DNA of 64,000 bases, taken from NCBI RefSeq assembly GCF_031769215.1, contig NW_026783106.1:1-64000 (forward strand), in the 5' to 3' direction. Every line of letters begins with the position of its first letter. The stretch's first letter is position 1. The stretch is from Ylistrum balloti (Eukaryota). Both the position numbers and the translations under genes were made by a program. Below the pieces are notes generated by a model. That model had not been told where the DNA came from and searched no databases. It worked only from the letters and a program-made list of their open reading frames with translations. Below, in pieces: positions 37,501-49,790 of the stretch.

Positions 37501-38992
37501 GGTCATAAATTGGAGTGTCCATGCACCAAGCCATAACAGTTCCTTGATAGTATGGCGTATCAACGACAACATTCGCTGTATCAACTTTCAACTTACTACC
37601 ATCTGCCAAGGTACACATCTTGGTATCACCAGTGAAATCTTCTGCGTCCACAAGACTCCTTCTGATAACGACTCCACTACAACCTGTGTCACGCAACACT
37701 GTGACAACATGCTTGCCGATAAGACCTCTCACCACAGGCATACCAGAATCCAACACAGGCGCACTACATGAAATGCTGAGCTGATCTGGATCTCGTTCAT
37801 CGTTGTCATCTTCACTTGAACTAAGAGCTCCACATGAAGGCGGGTTACCCGTCTTCTTGCCGGATGAACGATGCTTGCGGATCCCTTCTATTTGTGCTGC
37901 CTCTTGTGCATCAGAGTCTGCCACTAATCCGACACGTGATTGCTTCTTCTTGGTACTGGCTGGACAATTGTAGGAAAGATGATCCGTCTTCTTGCAGATA
38001 TAACACGTCTTTCCTCCTAAATTACTACCACTAATGACCTTACCTTTAGGCTCATCCCTTTTACCAACTGACTTTGTGAAGTCCCCTGGCGAACGGTTTC
38101 CCTGATACTGCTTATGTCCAGTATGTTTTGCCTTAACAAGGTTCGAAGGGTTGCCTCTGGCGTCAGCAAATTGATCTGCTAGCTTCGCCATTTCTGCCAT
38201 GGACTTTGGAATGCGTTCCTTCAGAAACAGCCTAAGCTCACTTCCACAAATCTGCAAAAATTGGTCCCGAAGCATTAAGTCCTTTAACCCGTCGTAGGTC
38301 TTCTCAGCTTTCGCCAACTCCAACCATCTGACAAAGTAGTTGTCCAACCTTACAGAAAACTGAGTAAGCGTTTCACCTGTGTCAGGCCTACCAGTCCGGA
38401 AACGTTGTCGAAACCCTTCCTCGGTCATCTCAAACCGCTTAAGTAAAGCCTCTTTCAGAGTATCGTAGTTGAGTGACTTTTCCACGGGTAGTCGACTGAA
38501 GACGTCTAAGGCATTACCCTTGAGAAGAGCACTGAGGTTAGTCGCCCACTGACTATCTCGATCCCAGTGTTGAGCTATAGCATACCGCTCAAACCGCTGC
38601 AAATAACTGTCAATGTTGTCCTTCCCTTCTTCGTAAGGAGGCAGTTTAGGACCCTTCACTAAACCATGGGACATCTTCTGGTCAGCACTTCCTGTAGGAT
38701 TAGCACCTTGGGTTTTCTGATATTCCAATAACTCTATCTTCCTGCTATGTTCTCTCACAGCACGTTCCTCACGCTCCTTCTCCAGTGACAACTGTAACGC
38801 CATTTCATCCCTCTTCCCCTTCAATAGAACTAGCTGGTGCTGTCTCTCAGCTTCGGTTCGCTTTTCCTCTCTATCAAGCTTCCTCTCTTCTCTCTCTCTG
38901 TTTTGTTCATCAAGAATAAAATCACGGAGCTCTGACCCCTGTAGTCCAAGAGCACTCCCAGTTTTAAGTAATTCTTGAAGTGACGACATCAT
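34547..38992 (-). CDS. gag-pol: Intact Gmr1-like Gag-Pol polyprotein (~1481 aa from the first plausible ATG): capsid/SCAN-like, CCHC, PR, INT, RT, RNase H
   Basis: Uninterrupted ORF with CYICKKTDHLSYNC, RDTGCSG (PR), HDSMMAGH..CRSCDVC plus IDIVGP/TDQGSQF/GLVERYN (INT), FIDDILIY (RT) and TDASDNGIG..TDHQPL..ADFLSR (RH). INT precedes RT. Confidence 0.95.
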   Translation of the reverse strand: MMSSLQELLKTGSALGLQGSELRDFILDEQNREREERKLDREEKRTEAERQHQLVLLKGKRDEMALQLSLEKEREERAVREHSRKIELLEYQKTQGANPTGSADQKMSHGLVKGPKLPPYEEGKDNIDSYLQRFERYAIAQHWDRDSQWATNLSALLKGNALDVFSRLPVEKSLNYDTLKEALLKRFEMTEEGFRQRFRTGRPDTGETLTQFSVRLDNYFVRWLELAKAEKTYDGLKDLMLRDQFLQICGSELRLFLKERIPKSMAEMAKLADQFADARGNPSNLVKAKHTGHKQYQGNRSPGDFTKSVGKRDEPKGKVISGSNLGGKTCYICKKTDHLSYNCPASTKKKQSRVGLVADSDAQEAAQIEGIRKHRSSGKKTGNPPSCGALSSSEDDNDERDPDQLSISCSAPVLDSGMPVVRGLIGKHVVTVLRDTGCSGVVIRRSLVDAEDFTGDTKMCTLADGSKLKVDTANVVVDTPYYQGTVMAWCMDTPIYDLILGNIHGIRSPGDPNPKWNLEEQVSAVQTRAQKAAEEKPYRPLKVPKVFQEINPIDFKDAQISDGTLAKIREMAVSGEVKERRDGGKPHFFTRNGLVYREYKSPSTQQGRIFKQLVVPSTYRQKVMGLAHDSMMAGHLGAKRTSDRIMAEFYWPGAQSDVTRYCRSCDVCQRTFPKGRVTKVPLGMMPLIDAPFQRVAIDIVGPLQPATDRGNRFILTIVDYATRYPEAVALKGIETERVAETLVDVYSRVGVPKEVLTDQGSQFTSSVMREVSRLLSIRQLTTTPYHPMCNGLVERYNGTLKQMLRRMCSERPKDWDKYLNALLFSYREVPQESLGFSPFELLYGRVVRGPMMILRELCEKEVADPEVKSTYQYVLDLRERLEETCKLAQEQLRKAKVTQAKFYNRKAKNRVMEPGEKVLVLLPTKRNKIQMQWRGPYGIVERKGPMDYVVSVDGREKVLHANLLRRYVQREGTGLSEAGVLNAVCSSVIEGDSGGIEEELPSTDCFNIPTPVRTETVEDVQVSELLTSKQKVEMKTLLEEFSDVLSDVPGRTNLVVHDIRTTTNEPVRAKNYPIPYNLKETIREEVEKMLKMRVIEKSDAPYAAPVVIVRKKDGTNRFCIDYRQLNRVTIFDAEPMPNADDIFSRLSGNRYFSRLDLSKGYWQVPMEETSKQKTAFTTPIGLFQFSVMPFGLVNAPATFCRLMRILLESMKNIESFIDDILIYTKTWEEHLAILRGLFVRLRKAMITARPTKCALGFESLECLGHMIGQQLLQPNPDKVKAILEAKIPKTKKQVRSFIGLAGFYRKFVPNFATIAAPLTDLTRKGQPNAVIWKEPHDLAFKTLKKVLSTSPVLKLPDLNSEFILRTDASDNGIGAILLQEVDGVVHPVAYMSRKLKGGEVSYSVVEKECLAVVWGISKFQKYLYGRQFVLETDHQPLLYLNKSKGTNARLMRWALQLQPHRFRIQPIKGTDNVGADFLSRV

Positions 38993-39251
38993 GCAAGTGG
39001 GTACAATGGAAACAACAAGAAACATGTACAACAAAGCAACATAAGCAACAATTTGTGTCGTACAGCAAAGTAATGCTACAAATATTACTACTGAACTCAC
39101 CTCGGATGAACCAGCACAAATACAGGTTGCTATAACGCCAAATCAACAGTGAGAGGGTGAAATCTGTTGTGTTCTAAACGAATCCTAGTTAAATTCAAAT
39201 TACTAATATAGTGCAAAATGAGCCATTCTACTTACCATGCAAAGTCGCCTC

Positions 39252-39269
39252 ATCCCACCGCTGCCACCA
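39252..39269 (-). promoter_or_regulatory. Primer-binding site complementary to the 3' end of tRNA-Leu
   Basis: TGGTGGCAGCGGTGGGAT matches the eukaryotic tRNA-Leu 3' end ATCCCACCGCTGCCA plus CCA (from memory). It lies 5 nt from the LTR. Confidence 0.8.
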
Positions 39270-40836
39270 AAAAGTGTAACCTGGACGAGCGCGACTCGCA
39301 TAGAATGGCACAAACACATAATATACAATATATACAAGTTTAATACACTATATACACATTATAAATTGTACACACAAATGTAAATATGTACAACTCACTC
39401 ACTCATTCAAAACACACACACTTTAATAATTACATATGAAACAGTATAGTCTGTCCTCAACGAATCTGGAAAGAGGTCTGGAAACGTCTCTGGACCGACT
39501 AACAACCAGCAATGTTCACAGCATCGAACTTTTGCCCATAGGAACGTCTGATGACAAATGTCCAACGGAATTCATAATTAGAGCACAACTGTCCACACAG
39601 CATAGCACCTGCCCACACAGGATATCAGAACATCTGTCCACACAGGACATCATAGCATCTGACCACACAGGATATTAGAACATCTGCACGACCATATAGG
39701 ACATCATAGCATCTGCTCACACAGGACATCATAGCATCTGTCCACACAGGACATCATAGCATCTGTCCACACAGGATATTAGAACATCTGCACGACCATA
39801 TAGGACATCATAGCATCTGCTCACACAGGACATCATAGCATCTGTCCACACAGGACATCATAGCATCTGCCCACACAGGACATCATAGCATCTGTCCACA
39901 CAGGACTGTAACTGGCGGCTGTCCTGGCCCACATATGACTCTGTATTCTATATATGTATGTATTCTGACTGTGTCACATTCGTTCCCGCCATCAACATGG
40001 GTAGAACTGCAATAACACAAGACTACGTCTGACTATGCTGACTATATAGTCTATAATGATTCATAAATATTTATACACAGTATTTCTTCTATTTCAACTA
40101 TTATTTGTGTATATACATTCATCTGCCTACATACAGTAATTGATATGAATCTATTCACTAATTCTAGCCTGAATTCCATGTAATTCATTGACATATTGAC
40201 AAGTTTCGCTTATATTTATTAAATACAAACTAAATTCATATAACAGTTGATATCTTATAGCTATAATAGAGATATATTGAACTGTACTCATATAGCGTTA
40301 TAAGCATATACATTTATCGATAAATATTCGCCTCAAATATCAAACACAACAGATTTCGGGCATATAATTGCAATATAAAGGCACAAGAAATGATTTCAAA
40401 CTTACCGCAAACTGTATTTTGCGTTGGCTAACCCCATATAAGCAATAACTGACTGCCAAAATTTACACCGCTGTTCTCGCTTACATGTATATTTTCCTTC
40501 CGGCGAGACTAATTTCAAATATTCGAACTCGGATCCGGAGAATCCGCATTTATAAAATTTACAGCAAATAATTAAGAAAATAAAAGTACAATATTTAGAC
40601 CAGATAATACCTGATTTCTTTCATCGAATACATGTACAAATAGTTCAGACATTGTTTGATATATACAAAAATGTAAAATATACAAAAGTATGGTTGGGAC
40701 TGTGACACCCTGTAAACATTCATATTATTTATAACCCGATGAAAATATATAATATCAAAACTTATCTGAATAACAATAAACTAAAGTCTATAAGCAATAA
40801 AATTCACTTGTCGCTGTCAATGTTCAACACAATAAT

Positions 40837-43800
40837 TCACTCTGCCATCAATAGTACTAACTGAGTAATAGGACGGATATACGAAACCGATCGTCCATTA
40901 CGAATTGTCTTAACTCTGACTTTACGAACAAGACCATCGTGACTAGGGAAAACACATTCAACAATTCCCATTGGCCAGTCATTACGATGAGAGTCATGAT
41001 CCTTCAGCAAAACAATGTCACCTTGTTTGAAGTTTGAACGTTCGTGATTCCACTTTTGTCGCGTTTGCAGCGATTGTAGATAGTCTCTTCTCCACGCGTT
41101 CCAAAATTTCTGGGCCAATACCTGAACACATCGCCATTGGGATCGAAACATGTCTTTCACTGAGAAGTCTACCAAGGTTAGATCTACATTTGGAACGCCA
41201 GTCTTTTGCGTAATGAGAGTACTTGGCGACAATACCACTGGGTTTTCAGGGTCGTCAGATACGGGTACCAGTGGTCGCTGGTTCACTTATAGCACACGCT
41301 TCGGCTAGAAAAGTCGTAAGCACTTCATGCATGAGGTGTTTAGTGTCAGTATTACGCAACATGTTGTCCAGAATCCTTCTAACGGTACCAATAAGCCGTT
41401 CCCAAGATCCGCCCATATGGGAGGCATATGGAGGATTAAAAGTCCATGTGATGCTTTCCTCTGAAAGAAAGTCTTTTACGGCTTTGTCCTCGACATCAAT
41501 AACATTCAAGTTAAGTTCCTTAACGGCTCCTACGAAGTTAGATCCTTTGTCCGACCTAATGTGCTTTACCGGTCCTCTGATCGCGATGAATCTCCGCAGT
41601 GCGTTAATGAAGGAAGATGTGCTCATCTCCTCTACGACCTCAATATGTATCCCTCTCGATACCATGCAACAGAATATTATAGCCCAACGTTTTGCGTTAG
41701 CTTGTCCTCCCCTAGTTTTTCTCGCGCGCACATTCCATGGTCCAAACGTATCCAATCCAATGTAAGTGAAAGGCGGACATGGTGTCAAACGATCCTGCGG
41801 TAAAGTACACATTTTTTGTTCCACAAACTTTCCTCGGAGTTTCCTGCACACGACACAGTGATGTAAGATAGAGGAAATTAATCGCTTTCCTCCCACTAGC
41901 CAATAACCAGAAGAACGTATTTTACCCTCCGTAATATGTCGGCCTTGGTGTTCCGATTTCTCGTGATAATGTCTCACGATTAGAGTAGCCACGTGATGTT
42001 TTGCTGGGACAATGATCGGATCCTTTCCAGGTAAGTCAATGTCACTATTCTGAATCCTACCACTAATCCTCAGGAGCCCCTCGTCGTCTAGAAACGGCGA
42101 CAATTTCAACAAAGAATTGTTCCTGTTTAACGGCAGTCCTTTCTGCAAACAGTCGATTTCCATCGAATAAAACTCTTGTTGAACAACCTTCAGTATGAGG
42201 TTCTTTGAATCGTTAGCAAAACGCAACACGTCTGGATTGTCTGTTCCGTTGTGATGACGATGCGTCGTTACCGATCAACGGAAATACTTGGTCTCTATAC
42301 GAACTTTGCAAATCACTCATGACGTCAACGGGTCCGTTCAACCACACTGACTTTCCAACGTCTTTCGCACGCATTGGCCTAGTCGCACTATCGGCAGGGT
42401 TACATTCACTAGAAACGAAACTCCACTGCTGTTTGGAAGATAACTTCAGAATCTTGTCAATCCGATTAGCAACATAAACGAAGAAACGGCGCGTGTCGTT
42501 AAATATATACCCTAGTACTACCTGACTGTCGGTATAGTAGTAGGTGGCGTCAAACACAACATCGACGTGTTCGGATATAAATAAACCGAGTTCAGTAGCA
42601 AGAACAGCCGCGCATAGTTCTAGTCTTGGAATGGTATGTCCGTGGGAAGGCGCTACTTTCGATTTGCCAAGAACGTATCCAACAGAAGCATTTTCCTGTA
42701 CGTCATAAATTTTCATGTATGCTACTGCGCCTATGGCATCCTTGACGCGTCTGAGAATACGTGTAGTTCACGACGAATTGCCTTTTCCAATGACGAATTG
42801 GAGTAACATCTCGAAATTTCTAACTGTTCCAGATCTTTAAGCGAAGACCTCCATTTTTTCCAATCAGAGTTCAAGTCCGGAGGTAAAGGGTCATCCCAGT
42901 CAAGATCCTTTGACGATAACACATTTCGCATTAATAGTCTGCCTCCGAGAATAACTGGTGCCACAAAGCCGAGGGGGTCGAATACACTATGTATTGTAGA
43001 AAGTACGCCTCGTTTGGTGAACGGTTTCACCTCATCAGAAACACTAAACGTGAACGTATCACAACCGACTTTCCAACGTAGTCCGAGACTCCTATGAACG
43101 ACATCATCGAAGTCCATATCGCAAATTTCGCTGGTATCCTCTTTTGGAAACTGCTTTAAAACATCAACACTGTTCGACGAGAACTTGTGCAAGTGAATGT
43201 TTCCGTTTTGCCGTAATCGAGCTTGAGTGTCTCTCAACAACTGCACTGCGTGACCTTCGTCAGATACAGAGGTCAACCCATCGTCAACGTAGAAGCTCTC
43301 TTTGACGAAACAACACACCTCGTCGCACGCGGAAGAATCGATATGGTCGCAAGCAGATTTCCTTAATCCAAGTGTGGCAATACACGGAGAAGACGAGTTG
43401 CCAAACACATGCACGCACATACGAAATTCCCTTAGCGGTTGTGTGGGATCATTATCTTGAAACCATAAGAAACGTAGAAAGTTTCTGTCACGCTTGTGCA
43501 CATAGAAGTTGAAAAACATCTGTTCAACATCGGCCATAATCGCAATTCGTTCCTTCCTGAATTTCATTAACACACCAACCAAATTGTTTATGAGATCCGG
43601 ACCTGTCATGAGAATGTTGTTAAGCGAATGTCCATTAAACTTTGCCGCCAAATCGAACACGACTCGGATTTTGTTGGGTTTTTGGGGATGATAAACCCCG
43701 AATATCGGTAGATACCATGCTTCCTCGCCGTCTTGTAACTCGGGAGCTACCTCTGCATGCTCCTTGTCAAAAATGTTTTGCATAAACGCACAAAACTGTT

Positions 43801-46641
43801 CGCGCTTAGTAGGATTTTTCAGTAACGACTTTCGTAGATTTTCTGCGCGATGCCTTGCCTGATCCATATTGTTTGACAAAGTGGGTCGTTCCTTTTTTAG
43901 CGGTAACGGTGCACTCCAATTACCGTACTCGTCCTTAATAAACTCCCCTTCCATGACACGCATGAATTCCTTATCCTGTTGCGAGTAACCAGGTATATCA
44001 TCGAATTTTGTTCTTTGAAATATGTCCATTCCAATTGGCAACTTATCGGATTTTTCAAACTGAGCCTTGAAGTAATTCGGACACGGATCCATGAGAGTAG
44101 GTCTGCCATTCGGTAAAACGACCGTTTTGCTCACAGTTATGACCGTAGGTTTGTGAACGAGACCTAGGCACGATTCTCCTACAACTACCCAACCGAATTT
44201 TAATTTCTGTGCATATGGTTCACGTTCATGTCCAGTTCGCTGTTCCAACACATGATGCGCCGAAATGAGATCTCTGCCAACGAGAAGCAATATGGGCGTA
44301 TCGTTTTCATACTCTGGGATAAGATGAGCAATGTCCTGCATGTGACTATAGTGTCGTGCAACTTCCGGTGTAGGTATTTCTTGTTTCACATTCGGAATAT
44401 GATTGCATTCTGTAATCAACGGTAATTTTAATGAGTATTCCTTGTCCAATGATTCCATTACGTATCCGCTGCCTTGCCTCCCGGTTACCTGAATTTCACC
44501 GGCACATGATGAAAGTACGTATCCGGTTTCCGTAGAATGATCTCCAAAATAATCGAAGAACTCACTTTTGGCCAATGTCCGATTGCTCTGCTCATCTATA
44601 ATGGCATAAGCACGCAACACATTATTAAGTTGTCCGTCCTTGTAGATATTTACTAACACCGTTTTTGCACACGATTTCCCCACGAAGGGACCGGTTTCAC
44701 CGCACAACTGTGTACACTTGGAATTTATCTTACGATTGTCTCCCCTGATACTTGTCCTTTCCTCGCCGTGAGACTGACGGGGCTGATATTTGTCATCATG
44801 AAACATGGTGCAATGCGATGAACCTTTACACACAGTACAGATTACTTTTTCTGTACAGTCCTTGGCCAAATGTTTGTCCTTACAACACTTAAAGCACACG
44901 CCGTGTTTTAAGAGAATTTCCCTCTTTTCGTCCTTGGATTTCGATAGAAACAGGTGGCAACCTGATAACAAATGCTTCACTTCTCTCGCACTGTCATGAA
45001 GTGGGCACAAAAATGCTGTAGGCACATTATTAACTTCCGTTTTCTTTGAAAAGACGTATGCATTCCTACTTCCAGTAGACGCAGTACGACGTTGTTCTTT
45101 GCTGACGCTAGGTACCGCAGTACCATCGGTGTAATTGAAACTCGGGTTGTTCATTCGCGAGCTCATTTCCTGTATGAACCTCTCGAAAACACTGAATTTC
45201 GGATATGTAACATTGTGCTCGGTTTGATATCTGCACGCATAGTCAGTCCATTTGTTCTGTATGAACACGAGTAACTTGCAAACAATTGGGTTTATACCGC
45301 TGGACGAATCGTAGTACGCCATTATCGAGCTGAACGCCGTGTTTTCCTTTACTGCCTGAATTTCCGCCAATATGTTCGAAAGATCAAATAATTTCTGACC
45401 ATCTCGGTTCGTTAATTTCGGGAATTTGTTTAGCCTTTCCCTCAAAGATAACTCAATTTGCTCGGGCGCGCCGTACTTCTCACTGAGCCTAGTCCAGATT
45501 TTACACAAGGCTTGGGGTGGGTCGTGTATGTTTGCAGCACGTAGACTTACAGCCTTTTTCGAGATTCTGGCCCCAACCATTTCGATAATAAGTCTAATTG
45601 TTCTTGAGGGCTTACATCAAGTTCCTTTACAACATTTAGGAATGACATTTTCCAGACACGATACTCCTCGGGTTTATCAGTAAACTGAGTGAGTCTACCC
45701 ATAAGCAAGTCTTTCTTTAGCATAAATTTGGTCAAATCATTCAGTCCAGTTACACACTGACCTGGGGTGAATTCTCGAGCCTCAACGTTTAACGGCACTT
45801 TATGTGAATAGGGGTCGGATGTTTCATAACCGGTGTTCAAATTTTCGGCTTGACTTTGCACAAATTCAACTGTCCTAGACTTCCTGTGTAACTCCTCATC
45901 ATCCGACGGTGCTTGTGAACAATGTCTGATAGGGCTACCAGTGTCAATAACGTCATCCATAGCCTTGAGCTCGGCTGCTGCCTCGTCCAGTTCTCTTTGT
46001 GATTTTAACAGCTGAAGGGATTTTTGCAATTCGGCCTCTTTCTCAGCAAATTTTAGCCTCACTTTGGCCGCTTCCAATTTCGCTCGTTGTTTCATATATA
46101 CTGAACTGACCCTGGAGATGTTAGTTATGCTAGAACGCACTGAGGTTTTACTTGTTTTCGACTTTATTGACATAATATCCGAAACGCCGTTTTTATATTC
46201 ACTTACACTATGCCGAGGTTTTTCCTCGACTACAAACCCCTGTGAAATGTTATCGACCACAGATACAGTTTGAACTGGTTTTATTTTGTCAATAAATGAT
46301 TGAATTTGGTCCAAAACCGTGTCACACTGGGATTTTAATGTTTCCACAGCTGTCATATGAGATAATAATTCTTCCTGGCCTTGTTCCGTTCTACTTTCTT
46401 CCAAATATTTACTGAATTTGGTTGAAACTTGTTCATAGGATTCATATGATTGGGTAATGTCTGATGCCAAGGATTTTAATTCATCCAAGTTCATATTTTC
46501 ATACTCAATATCAGTTATGAGACAATCTAAATTTCTGTATAAATTTAACAGTCTATGTTTATACTTGCCGACTGTGTCCTCAAATGCCTGACGTGCCTTT
46601 TCCGTCATTTTGATGGTTCTTTTTCCCGGGTTTTCAGCCAT
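40837..46641 (-). pseudogene. gag-pol: BEL gag-pol, copy 2 (frameshifted)
   Basis: ORF pieces 45547-46683, 42731-45580, 42213-42716, 41255-42229 and 40837-41286 give Gag, PR, RT, RH, INT and the BEL C-terminal motif AQKFWNAWRRDYLQSLQ. Confidence 0.93.
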
Positions 46642-46652
46642 GAGTTTTTTAC

Positions 46653-47071
46653 TGTGATGTCGAGTGAGTCCAAAGAAATACAAACTAAACGCCTTTAATG
46701 AGTTCCTTTATTACATATACAAAGTTCCCAGTTCCTATAGCCATAGTTCACAATCATCACAAACACAGTGTAGGGGTTCTTGGTTGCACCTAGCTTGCGC
46801 CCCAACCTGCGGTAAAAAACTGAAAAATACAGAAATTAACCTGTCCTTAGTACATATTTCAACAAAATTAATCAAACTTCAAACGTTTAAACCGTATTAA
46901 AGTTACCTCATGGGTCACCTAAGCCTTGCTAAATCCGTAAGTCTGTTTCCTTTGGACTTTCACGTAAACATATCCCATGATGCATTTTTCCACGATGTAC
47001 AAAGAATGAACTCTGAACCCTGACCTGACTACCAGAGCAGACGGACAATATAAAACTAGCGTTTCACTACA
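46653..47071 (-). repeat. BEL LTR c (5' LTR)
   Basis: Followed by the TSD ACATC. Confidence 0.95.
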
Positions 47072-49790
47072 ACATCGGCACACACAAATGTACCAATATA
47101 TCATCATCTTTGACTACATATGTAGACTATAAGAATTGATAAAAAAGATCTTCAAAATAAATGCACAAGACTTTCCCTTTTAGTGTTACAGATATTGCAG
47201 AGAGGACTATCTATCATCTTTGCTTTACAAAGCTGTAACACATCTCCATTTTAAACACGCCGCCATCGAAATTACGATTGTTGCCGAACCACGTCGGAAA
47301 GTTCATGACCTGATCTCGCGAGAGTTGAGGTTTCTACTTATAGAGGAAGCACATGCAGATATGTCTACGGTAAGTTTTTGTTTACAAACATTGTTTGCGA
47401 AGTCTTGTCGTAGACTTGAGGTATTCCTGTGATAAATATTCAGTTGTTGGGAAATTATTAGAAGGAATAATTAGTTTAGAAACGATACGACGCACAATTA
47501 TAACGTTAGAATTCAGAACTGGCCTGATGTACGATTGGAAAAAAAGGAAGCGACTGGTGAATGTCTGTACTGTGTCTGCCATGTTTACACACGCGGTATA
47601 TGCGCATGCGCAATGTCATCGCTACGAGCGGTAATGTATGAATTATTGTGGGTCCCACATTATTTTCCGATTTTTTCAATTTTTATTTAAATTGAAAACA
47701 GTCAGTTTTATTTTCTTTAATTAAAGGAAAGTGTTTGTTTTGTTACATATATTACGGGGAAAATAAGATAAAGTTTGTTTGTTTATAGTGATTTTTACGT
47801 ATATTGGGGCTTTAAAGTACAGTTTGTTAAATTCATTTGAATTATGTAAGACTATTTCTTTTTCACGGAGGCTTAAAATGATAATTTGTCAAATAATTTT
47901 AATCCATTCAACGTGTCGGCAATTTTCGATGCGTTCTGCCGCAAGTGTATTTTCGGTAATGAAGTTCCAGCCACACTTCCGTTTAAAGTTGATCGTATGG
48001 GCAGGTTGGTGGCGTTGAATTATCACACACACACACAATACCATAAAGCGCTCGCTATTATTATTACCAGTTCTTATGTGTCCATTGTCTTAGAAGTATT
48101 TTGCGCTGTAAAACATTGAATTTGTAGCTCTGATATTTTACTACACAAATAAGTATTTTAACTTTAAAAAATGTCAATCTGGAATGCTTTGATCCTTCGG
48201 GAAATAAAATGTAAAGCTTCATCTTCCCACATGACTGAATTCCATGCGAATGATTTTGGATTATATAAAAGACCGAAATTGTGATTTCAACACAGAATTA
48301 AGCACATGAATGATGACTAGGGTATGTAGACTGCCATCCCTACACATTTACACATTAGAGGGGAATATTCTGCCCCTTTTCACATAAAGCACATAAACGT
48401 CGTAGCGTTTCGGCTTGGAGATAACACGACCACTTCTTGACTTGAATGGAGAACTTGGAATGATTTTCGGAGGTCCTTGTGATTCCTTCGAGTTGGATAC
48501 ACCAGTGTTTTTCGCGTTAGTATGTGTGTAAAATAGAGTGTAGAAGAAGAAGGACGCAGATCGACGCTTCATATTTTTATTCCATTTAATAAAAAAAACC
48601 TACAAAGACAATACACAAAGAATTAAGCAGATATCACAGATATTACTAATCCTTACATGACGTACATGAAGTGCTCAGTGAATACATATTTCATATGTTA
48701 TCACGCTAAAACTATTCAACAAAAACAAGAATAATAATATATCTTTATAATGAATACTTTTATCATCATAAATATTTATCTTAGAATAGAAAATGCTTAT
48801 ACATTGTTACTATAATATCTATATATCATATTCATAATTGACTACAATCAGTAAAATACACATGTACCTACCCCAACTATGGGTCGGGGGTTTCACAGAA
48901 GAACTTCTGTATAAAAACTTCTTAATCTACGTGTATGGATTATCTGTAAAAGATACATACCAACACATACAGATCATGTATGAACAACATTTGCAGACAA
49001 TATGAACGTTTTCGCCAATACTAATATGATTCTAATAACTTTATAATCTTTACCAATAATTTCAATCCTTATCGCTAATTCCAATTAAGACATACTTTTT
49101 CCAAAATTCACAATAATAAATAATAATTCAAAATAACCAAATATATCATTAGATTATATGACAACTAAATGTTGTACATACCATATATATGATCTTCAGG
49201 AAGACTTCACAGAATAGTAAAAATTAGGAAGAACCGGACTGTGTGTAACACGTCCGCGCAGTTCCTCTACAAATGTCTCTCTAAAACCGCGCCAAAAGCT
49301 AACAAAGACACTGACCACTATACCAAAACGAGGTAACACCTATATATAGAACCATAGAATAAGTAAACAGGTTAGACAAGTGACAGGTACGAACATACAC
49401 GTATACAGGTACACAGCCTAGCGACCATACGCAGTGCACATACACACGCAAACAGCACAATAAACGCGGCGCAACATTAAATTTAATTTAAAATCAAGAC
49501 AAATTATAAAACATCATTATTTGCACTTTGTTACATCCTCCCCTTACTTGAAATATGACGTCCTCGTCATGAACAATATCTATCAACCTAGACTATGACA
49601 ATACTATCATCAATAATATTGCACAAATTCACTTAAGGGGGTATCATACATAAATTTCAGAATTATCAAAATTCCAAAATATAAAGTAGAAAATGTACAA
49701 AATATAAAAACATGAAAATATCTCCATCTGGTACAATAATGTGACAGATACAATAATTAAATCTGCAGGAATAATGTCAAAAGTGAAAAA

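Larger units (their letters stand above)
33020..40707 (-). mobile_element. Gmr1-like Gypsy element, copy 2, full length
   Basis: LTRs 33020-34475 and 39275-40707 (TGTAACC...TGTGACA). 5-bp TSD CCCTG at 33015-33019 and 40708-40712. PPT-like AAGCGGGGGCGTA next to the 3' LTR. Confidence 0.95.
19313..47071 (-). mobile_element. BEL/Pao LTR retrotransposon as a tandem dimer with three LTRs, each unit carrying the same nested Gmr1-like insertion
   Basis: One 5-bp TSD ACATC (19308-19312 and 47072-47076) flanks the whole block. Three 419-bp TG..CA LTRs. PPT (GGCGAGGAA on the minus strand) beside LTRs a and b. Confidence 0.93.

Noticed and set aside
38993-39100. 36-codon hydrophobic N-terminal extension of the Gmr1 ORF
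   Set aside because: It starts at GTG in the leader; the Gag-like sequence begins at ATG 38992. There is no evidence it is translated.
47077-48240. Spacer between the BEL and Gypsy blocks with transposon-like subterminal motifs and a faint Polinton-integrase-tail-like peptide near 48200
   Set aside because: No TIR, TSD or convincing ORF; the similarity requires several indels.
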